Shown here in pieces: positions 56,163 to 64,000 of a DNA stretch of 64,000 bases. The stretch is from the NCBI GenBank assembly GCA_964016885.1, contig CAXHJY010001677.1, positions 207,626 through 271,625 of the forward strand, written 5' to 3'. Position numbers and translations under genes: made by a program. How positions within the stretch are numbered: the stretch's first letter is position 1; every line of letters starts with the position of its first letter. The notes under the pieces were generated by a model. The model was given only the letters and a program-made list of their open reading frames with translations. It made no database searches and had not been told where the DNA came from. Source of the DNA: Eledone cirrhosa. Lineage: Eukaryota.

Positions 56163-56274
56163 GAGTTATATCACTAAGTCCTTGAAGATGTATGATTATC
56201 TACAAATTTATTTCAAAATTATTGACAGTGTATTTCATTAGTAATATGATAATGAAAGGGTTGCATTATTTAAT

Positions 56275-56468
56275 TGGGTGGCAGATTGGCAGTATCGGTA
56301 GAGGGTCGGACGCCATGCTTTGATGCATAGAGTTACGGCCCTTGCCATTCTGTGTTCATATCCCGCTGAGGTTAACTTTGCCTTTCATCCTTACGGGGTC
56401 GATAAAATTATGTACCAGTAATGTACTGGGTAATTGCTGGCCTTGTGCCAAAAATAGAAACAATTATT
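56275..56468 (+). mobile_element. SINE family A
   Basis: Close match to 361-543. Confidence 0.8.
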
Positions 56469-57599
56469 TAATTGCCTCCCTCTATATTCTATATTCAAAT
56501 ATCACATCAGTTGGTTTTGACTTTCTCTCTTCTGGAGTTATTAGATTACTCTTTCATTGCCTTAGTTATAATTAAAGACACTGTCTATGATTATAAAGTA
56601 ATTTTGAAAATTACCAAATATTTGAATAGCCACAGTACTGTAACTAGTTTTGATGATTAGTCTGGCATTTGAAACAGCTTAATAAATATTCTTACATAAT
56701 ATCATGATGAAGGCTTAAGGACCTTAAAACAAACCACTTGGTATTACTTTTTTATGACATGTATATTTTTTGCTGATACACATCAAGAAAATATATATAC
56801 ATACATACTTCCACACATTTTCTGTCCACGAAATTCCATTAAGAATGTATTGATATCCAAAGGCTTTTCTAAAAGACTTTTTCCACAACTGTGCAGTAGG
56901 ATTGAACATGGAAACCCATAGTTAAAAAACAAAATCCTTAACCATATAGACATGCTTGCTTATTGATAATTTTCTACTACTATATATACAACATAGACTC
57001 TGATAAGAATTTTACTAGCTTCAAATATGAATGACAGCTTGATTGTAATCAATAAAATGTAATTGTAAATAATTCAAAATTTGGTTTCTGAAATTATTAA
57101 TAAATACAACTAAAAGGATGATGTATTCAACCATTTTAATATTAACTGCATGAAACTCCCACTGGTTTTATAATACAAAACTGCTTGATTCAACGAATAT
57201 ATATTTATCTAAGAATCCTTTATTATAATTTCATGTAAGAAACTTTCTTAAGTTATACTCTAATGACAAGCCTGACAATGAGAAAATTAGTTATAGTACC
57301 AAATCTTTCCAGATTCTTGATTATTTTCAAATTTATTTGAAAATCATAGGCAGTGTTTCTTAAATAGAAATATGGTAAAAATATGTCTATGATCTTGTAT
57401 GAATCTTAAACCGATGATAATTTCACTAAGCTACACATTGATGAACATTTTATAGCCGAACATTTTATGAAATAGACAAGCATAAATGACATGAACATAA
57501 TAGGAGGTAGACTTAGAATCATCGTTTTATTTTCATTTTTCTATGCTTGCAAGGATTGAATGAAGTTTAGAAGCTTATCCCAGTTATGTAGGCATTAAG

Positions 57600-58100
57600 T
57601 GACTGAGAGCACACGTTTGTTACAGCATTCTCACCAAGTCCAAGCTTAACCTTCCTATCAATGAAAAAATGGAAAACCTTCTCAACATGCGCTTGCAATC
57701 ATGCAAACCATTGTGGTAATCAATGAAGGGCCTTCAGGATAATAACTTTGATCTGAAGGAAGAGTGATAATTATCATGGAATGAGTCAAAATGTGCCAAC
57801 CAGGACCTTGCCCAAGACCCTACATCTAAACCAGCAGGCTTTGACTTTCCCAGAAAGCAATAGATGTCATTTAATCAGGTTAACACAACACATGCTAGGA
57901 CAGACCATCATCTCCATCGATGGAAAATGAAAGACAGCCCAGCATGTGACTGAGGGGATCCTGACCAGACAGTTCTGCATGTTGTTCGGGATTGTCCTCC
58001 AGACGTTTTCCCAGCAGCCTGGAGGCCATCTAGAATTCTACAAATGATGCTTTGGTTTGGCTTGCCTGTCTTAACCGCCCTTTCTAGCTACTGTTCATAT
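57600..58100 (+). mobile_element. LINE 3' fragment with CCHC knuckle (Ingi/Vingi- or I-group-like)
   Basis: LNQVNTTHART..HLHRWKMKDSPACD*GDPDQTVLHVVRDCP. Confidence 0.6.
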
Positions 58101-59539
58101 GTCATTTGACAAGAAGTCAGAACGAATCCATAGTTGCCACTTGGATAGGTTTACAAATCAGTGAAGAACATGAAATGAAGCATCTTGCTCAAGGATATGC
58201 CTTTAATAGATATGTTGACATGAATAAAATATCTATTGATTCAATTAAATTTAAGAAAATTTTCTTTAATATTCTTATGTATTTATTTAGTTATATATAT
58301 GTATGTTTCAGAAATAATGTAAATTGCTGCTGTGATGGTATTGTAAATTGAATTTGTCTTAGTTTGTTATTGGAACATGTTCTAGTAAAATATATTTAGT
58401 GGCTATAAATAGCTCTAGGCTATATCTCTTTCAATGGGCAACAGACAAATGTGAGTAGTCTTTAAAGATGCCAACTCTGGTTGAAACCAGGGCAGGCTAG
58501 TGCAATTCTTTTCAATGTAATGCCCACAAAGAAATAAAAAATCATTTGCTTATATTTGCCCAAATGTATTCAATTACACTTTACAATGATGTCTTTATAA
58601 CCTGATAGTGTTTATGTAAAGTATTACCTTAATGTATATTTCAAAGTATTGAACAAACACTGTTTAGTGCAACACTATATATATATATATACAAATAATA
58701 AATTGGATATTAAATGAGGATGATACATAAATGTATATATCTATATGCTTAGGTGTGTATATTACCAATCATATGCGTATATATTTATTAATACATTTTA
58801 TATAGTGTATGTATATACATATTTTCACACACATAATTTTTGACATACTCACATTTATAAATCATACACATTTGCTTTTGTATATTTTTATTTTTTATCT
58901 ATCTGTGTGTATGCTCATGTGAGTGTATGTATGTGTGTGCACATGTATGAATGTATGTTTGAATACATTGTTTATCATATTTATTCAAAGCAAATAATGA
59001 GATTAAGTTCATAATGCAATCTTATTTTTCGTTTTGGAATTGCCAAAACTCTTACAAAAGATAAACTAAAGTTAAACCAATTAGATGTGCTGAAATATAT
59101 GTCATACAGAAATAGACATCTTTATATCATCTTCATAATCATTTAGCATTTCATTTTCTTATCTCTTAATGGTCATTACCACTTTGATGTACTGTGAAGA
59201 ATTAGATTAATATCGCTCGACTCTATGAACACATAAATATTGACTATTTCGTCACATTATTCCTCTATAACTGCCACCCTATCTTCACACAGAAGCTTGC
59301 ATAAACATTTTTGCAAACTCTTATACTTCTAGTATCGCAGTCTTCTAGAAATTTCTTCCTGACAACATCTCTGTGTAACAACTAGCAACAACTGAATTGA
59401 GAGAGATAACCTATCACTTTATATAGTGACTAGATACAATGGTTTCACTAGATTCATTAGTCTAATTTGTATAATTATTTGTGTCAATTATTTAATTATT
59501 GATGCATGATACAGCATCTGTTTGATATTTTGAAATGTA

Positions 59540-59981
59540 CAGAAATTCCCCAACTTACGAACGAGTTACATTCCAAGAGGCCGTTTGTTAGTTGATTTGT
59601 TCTTACGTTGATCATCTAACACAGTACGTGCCAGTAAGCCCATATATGTCACATTGATACTGCAGGTTTCCATATAAGTGAGATATATATATAACAGTAT
59701 ATAGTGATATTTATTATATGTAATAATGAATTTAAATACTGTAAATGTTTAAAGAAAGAAGTACTTTTCAATTTTATGAAAGCAGAATGGTATTCCATAC
59801 CATAGGTACGATTTCAGCTTATTTTTAAGCTGCAAAAGAAAGGACCATTTTTTATGCTGCAAAAGAAGGAACCCATGGCCTGAATGAGCCGAATTTCAAA
59901 TTCAGACAATTTTTTTTTTTCTTGTGACTTCGTATCTGCTGAAGTTCATAAGTAGGATGTTCATGAGGTAGGAACTTACTG
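59540..59981. mobile_element. Tigger/pogo-like MITE
   Basis: TA|CAGAAATTCCCCAACTTACGAAC ... GTTCATGAGGTAGGAACTTACTG|TA. Confidence 0.65.
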
Positions 59982-60292
59982 TAAACCTTTTATAAGGAGC
60001 ACATGTTTTTAGCTACTGTTATGGTATGTAATTAAATACACTGAGGTGGGACAGGCCAGTTGGTCACACTCTAACCTACTCTATAGTTCGGAAATATAGT
60101 TTCAAAGCCTGGTGGTCCCACTACAAGAGAAGTCTGGCCAGTTGACGGCACCAAGCCTTACACACTGTTTTCTACCTACTAGGTGTCTGGAAGATTCTCC
60201 TCTACACCTGGTCTATTGTATACATCATACATCAACTTACTTATGCACAAGCATCTTATGGTTGGTCAAATCTGGGTGTTATATATATATGT

Positions 60293-60389
<97 letters not shown>

Positions 60390-60391
<2 letters not shown>

Positions 60392-62142
60392 GGAAAAATT
60401 TGAACGGGGACAAAACAGAGAGGCAGTACAACGAATGTTTATTAATTTCACGCTCTGGAGAGTGGGGTGTTGGTGGGGCACGGCGTTTCGGGCATAAGCC
60501 CTTCCTCAGGTGAGAAGTGTGTGGGAACAGAGTTCAAAGGGTGTGTAGGGGAGTGGTGGAGAGGCATATAGCGAAAGGAAACGGTGCGAATGAAAAAAAT
60601 AAAAATAAAAATAAAAATAAAGCATGATCAAAATACAAGGAATGAAATAAATTTAAAAATACAAGCATGATCAAAATAAACTGAAATTAAAAGGGGGGTA
60701 AAACAGGTGGTGGAAGGGTGTAGGGTGTGTAGGGGTGGTGGCGGGTGGAGTGGGGAGAGGGAGACGGGGTGTCCGAGCGGGGAGGGCTGAAGGTGGTGTG
60801 TGTGTGTAGGTGTACGTGTGTGTGTGTGTGTATGTAAAAGTAAGGGTTGGGGGAAGAACGGGGTTGCATGTTCAGGAAGAGGTGTGTGTGGGGGGTCGGA
60901 GTGTATGTGCGTGTGTGGGTAGAGGGGTGGGGGGGAGAGGAATCAGGAGGCTGAGGGTGTAAATATGTGGTGGAAAGCACGTGTGTGTGGGGTTTAAGCT
61001 ATTGTGGGTGTAGGTGGCGTGTGGATAAAAAAATATTTTGGGGGTGTGTGTGGGTGAGTTATATAGGTGATGACGTAAGAGGATGGTTGAAAAGTTGGTA
61101 AAATCCAAAGGTGTTTAGTGGATTCTGTGGTGGTCAATTTCTGCGTGCGAGTATTCCATGAAGCTATGGTCGGAAGAGGAGAGATGTGGGGTGCGCGCGC
61201 AACAGGAAGTGGTCAAGCAGTGGGAGTGCTGTGTGTCTGTTTGTGCTGGGAGGTGGTCAGAGTAATGGAGGTGGTCAGCAGTCGGTGGAATGGTAAAGGG
61301 GTGAGGATGGGTAGGTGTGAAAGTTGGAGTGAGGAGTGTGTGTGTGTGTGTATTAGTAGAGGTGTTAGTGGGATGAGTGAGTGTGGAGCGAGGGTGTGGG
61401 TGGAGCGGGGAGAGAAGGGTGTGTGTGGTTCTATGGAGGGAGTGTGGTGTACTGGTGTGTGTGTAGTTTGATGAAGGGGTGTTAGTGGGTGTTAGTATAC
61501 GGGAGGTGGGGAGGGGTTGAATGCAGGTGTGAGTGGGGGTTAGAGGTGGTAGGGTGTGTAGAGTAGGTGTGTGTACGAGGGTGTGTCGGTACGTGTGCGT
61601 GGGGTTGGGGGGTGTTAGTGATGTTAGTTGCATGTGGGGTGGGTGGTGTAAGTGGGTGCGTGTGTTCGTGTGCTTGGGGTTAGGGGGTGTTAGTGAGGTT
61701 AGTTGCGGGGTGGTGGGATGGGGGTGTGGGGTGAGAGGTGTGGGGGTGAGGGTTAGTGGTGGTAGTAGGGTGTGTGTTTAGTGTGAGCGCGTGTATATAT
61801 GTGCCGGTGGGTGTGTGCGTGTGATAAGGAGGGGGGAGGAGGAGAAGAAGGGAGGGATGTTAGTATGTTAGTTGGGGAAGGGTGGTCAGATGAGGGGTGG
61901 AGTGGAGGTGTTAGTATTGTTAGTTGTGGGGTGGGCGGTGAAAAGGAGGGGTGTGTTAGTGGGGGATAAGTGTGGGGGGAGGGGGCGGTCGAAGGCTAAA
62001 GGAATAAGGGTGGGGAGTTCAGGCCGGGGGGAGTGTGGGTCTGTAAGATGAAGATAGTTCGTTGTTCGGCCCTAAGGCGATTGGCGGGTGTTCCGTGGCA
62101 CTGGAGTAGGCCACAGACTGTGAGATGGCGTGCGGAATGTCC
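60390..62142 (-). mobile_element. PLE family 3 3' end: GIY-YIG C-terminus, long C/A-rich 3' region and HHR-like motif (60486-60509)
   Basis: 62142-61996 (-) translates GHSARHLTVCGLLQCHGTPANRLRAEQRTIFILQTHTPPGLN..*, a typical PLE endonuclease C-terminus that is below the ORF-track cutoff. CTGAGGA-A-GGGC(TTAT)GCCC-GAAA is followed by TAATAAA. (TA)n on both sides. Confidence 0.8.
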
Positions 62143-62223
62143 ATATATATATATATATTTCCCTCTCTCTCTCACTTCCTTTTTGTCTGAATCTGTATGT
62201 GTCTCTCTTTTTCATTCTGTATA

Positions 62224-62600
62224 TCATCATCATCATTACCATTTAATATCCATGTTTCCACACTGGCATGGATTATAGGAGTTATCCTATTATGAGCAAT
62301 GCCAGGTCAGGTGACCATGACTTGCTCATCCAGAACTGATTTTAGCTTGGTTTATATAGCTGGATGCCCTCCCTAACACCAACCTCATTTACAGTGAGTG
62401 CTGGGTGCTTTTTGCAGTGACACCTACATGACAACTTTATACTGTGGGCTGGGCACATTGTAGCCATGTTGCCATCATGAGAACTTTACAGTGTGGACTA
62501 AACACTTTTTGTCATGTTGCCATCCCGACCATTTTAGAATGTGGGCTAGTGGGTTTACTGGATGTATACTTTCACTTATCCTCATGGAAGATTTATTAGA
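62224..62600 (-). mobile_element. SINE family B with internal repeats
   Basis: Homologous to 28978-29400. Confidence 0.7.
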
Positions 62601-62679
62601 GTGAGTTGGGTGAGGCATACTATATATATGCTTCAGTCTAGCCATGTGCTCATGGGTAGTTTGGTCTTCTGTAATAATG

Positions 62680-63000
62680 CATAATGCCAGCGATGTCAGT
62701 CCTCTATTATCATCTTTGAGAGATGTAATTGTGCAAGGTCAGCATTTATCACGTATCCCAAATCTTCCTTGTTGTCCCCACTCCACAGCTTCCATCGACT
62801 CTGAGTGCTCTGCACTTTTTTTATCCAGCTGCCCTCCTTCATACACATCACATGTCCATACCAACGCAATCTCCTCTCCTAGACATTGCATCTTATTTCT
62901 CTTATGCCTAGTTTCCCACTCAGTATCATTATGCTTTGTCATTCACATATATTACTATTACACATCCATTGGAGCATGCAAGCTTTATTCCTTTCCAATC
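62680..63000 (-). mobile_element. RTE LINE 3' fragment (degraded)
   Basis: Minus strand TTGCGTTGGTATGGACATGTGATG (LRWYGHVM), similar to 42780-42810. Confidence 0.6.
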
Positions 63001-63047
63001 TACACAAGTATTCTTCGCACTATATATATATATATATATACATATAT

Positions 63048-63108
63048 ATTTATTAAAATAACAGATTAAAGTTTAAGCAAAGAATCGGTGCTTTCACCCC
63101 TAACGGGA
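63048..63108 (-). mobile_element. Tiny 3'-end fragment of PLE family 1 (half of the HHR plus polyA signal) in (TA)n
   Basis: TTTATTAAAATAACAGATTAAAGTTTAAGCAAAGAATCGGTGCTTTCACCCCTAACGGG matches 5113-5171. Confidence 0.8.
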
Positions 63109-63110
63109 AA

Positions 63111-63181
<71 letters not shown>

Positions 63182-63183
63182 AT

Positions 63184-63520
63184 GGAGGCACATGGCTTAG
63201 TGGTTAGAGCATTGGCCTTGCAATCGAAAGGTTGTGAGTTCAATTCTCACACTGGGTGATGTGTTGTTTCCTTGAGCAAGAAACCTTATTTCACATTGCT
63301 CCAGTAGAAATGAGATGATAGGGACTGGGGTCCATATCATTCCACTGCAAAGTGGTCGTGGAGGTGCCAGGGCAAAAACACACCCACCACTCACTGTAAA
63401 TGTGGTTGGTGTTAGGAAGGGCATCCAGCTGTAGAAATCAAGCCAGAATCAGTTCCCGTCTCACCTTTGCAAGCAGGGAAAAAGCGGACGTAAAATGAAA
63501 TGAAATGAAATGAAATGAAT
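63184..63520 (+). mobile_element. Full-length SINE family B
   Basis: GGAGGCACATGGCTTAGTGGTTAGAGC (A box), GAGTTCAATTCTC (B box), TCCTTGAGCAAGAAACCTT domain, RTE-like tail TTGCAAGCAGGGAAAAAGCGGACGTAAA(ATGAA)n. Confidence 0.85.
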
Positions 63521-63524
63521 ACAT

Positions 63525-64000
63525 GTATAAAGATAAAAAGATGAAATCGAAAATGCAACTGGAGTCTTATTTAAAAAAAAATATATATATCTATTTGGTT
63601 CCTTTACCAGTTTCACCGTTCTTCTGCTTTTCAAATTAGAGTTGAGATGGAGGGTCTGTGGTTTTTCTCACATCTGGTTGGTCTTTGAATGTTACTTGTT
63701 TTATATGGAAAAAAAATTGGCTCGAAACGTCAGGTTTTTAGAGAAGTAATTTGATTGGTTGGTCAATAAGTATAATAAATTTTGCGCCAGTTCACGTTAC
63801 AAAGTTCTTCAAACAGAGGGGGGGGGGGGCTCAGCTTGTTTTTTCATATATGAGTGTTTGAATTTCTTTTTACTTAAAAAAGGGGCTCATGAAGGCTTTT
63901 TTGTTAAAAATGTAATTTACTTGGTTATAAATGAAATTATGACTGTCACGTGAGCAAGTCCATTAAATTTCGTGCCCGTATTTGGGAATTTATTTTGTAG
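63525..64000 (-). mobile_element. PLE family 2 3' end (second copy), running off the window
   Basis: Homologous to 8880-9420; degraded HHR at ~63602-63637. Confidence 0.8.

Noticed and set aside
61115-61781. Pro/Thr/His-rich and Gly/Val-rich ORFs
   Set aside because: Products of the compositional skew in the PLE 3' region
63184-63260. Apparent tRNA gene
   Set aside because: It is the tRNA-like head of a SINE that continues into the central domain and RTE tail, with no proper acceptor stem.

Overview
AT-rich eukaryotic (animal) genomic DNA. The repeat landscape of huge (TA)n arrays, tRNA-derived SINEs, and RTE, Dong/R4 and Penelope elements resembles a cephalopod such as Octopus, but that is inference. 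I could not support any host gene exon: the window looks intronic or intergenic and is mostly decayed transposons and microsatellites, and most ORFs in the track are microsatellite artefacts. Elements recognised: several families of Penelope-like elements (PLEs; RT plus GIY-YIG), L1/Tx1, RTE, Dong/R4 and Ingi/Vingi-like LINE fragments, two hAT (Buster-type) transposons (one essentially full length, with TIRs and an 8-bp TSD), a Tc1/mariner remnant, a Helitron, several MITEs and at least three SINE families. The most interesting signal is a set of hammerhead-ribozyme (HHR) motifs at the 3' ends of PLE copies embedded in (TA)n. They include a canonical minimal type I motif, a compensatory U3:A8 core variant with a palindromic stem III, a U4A core variant conserved in three copies, and core-plus-stem-II half motifs. 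Inverted pLTR structures and recurrent palindromes centred on (TA)n accompany them.
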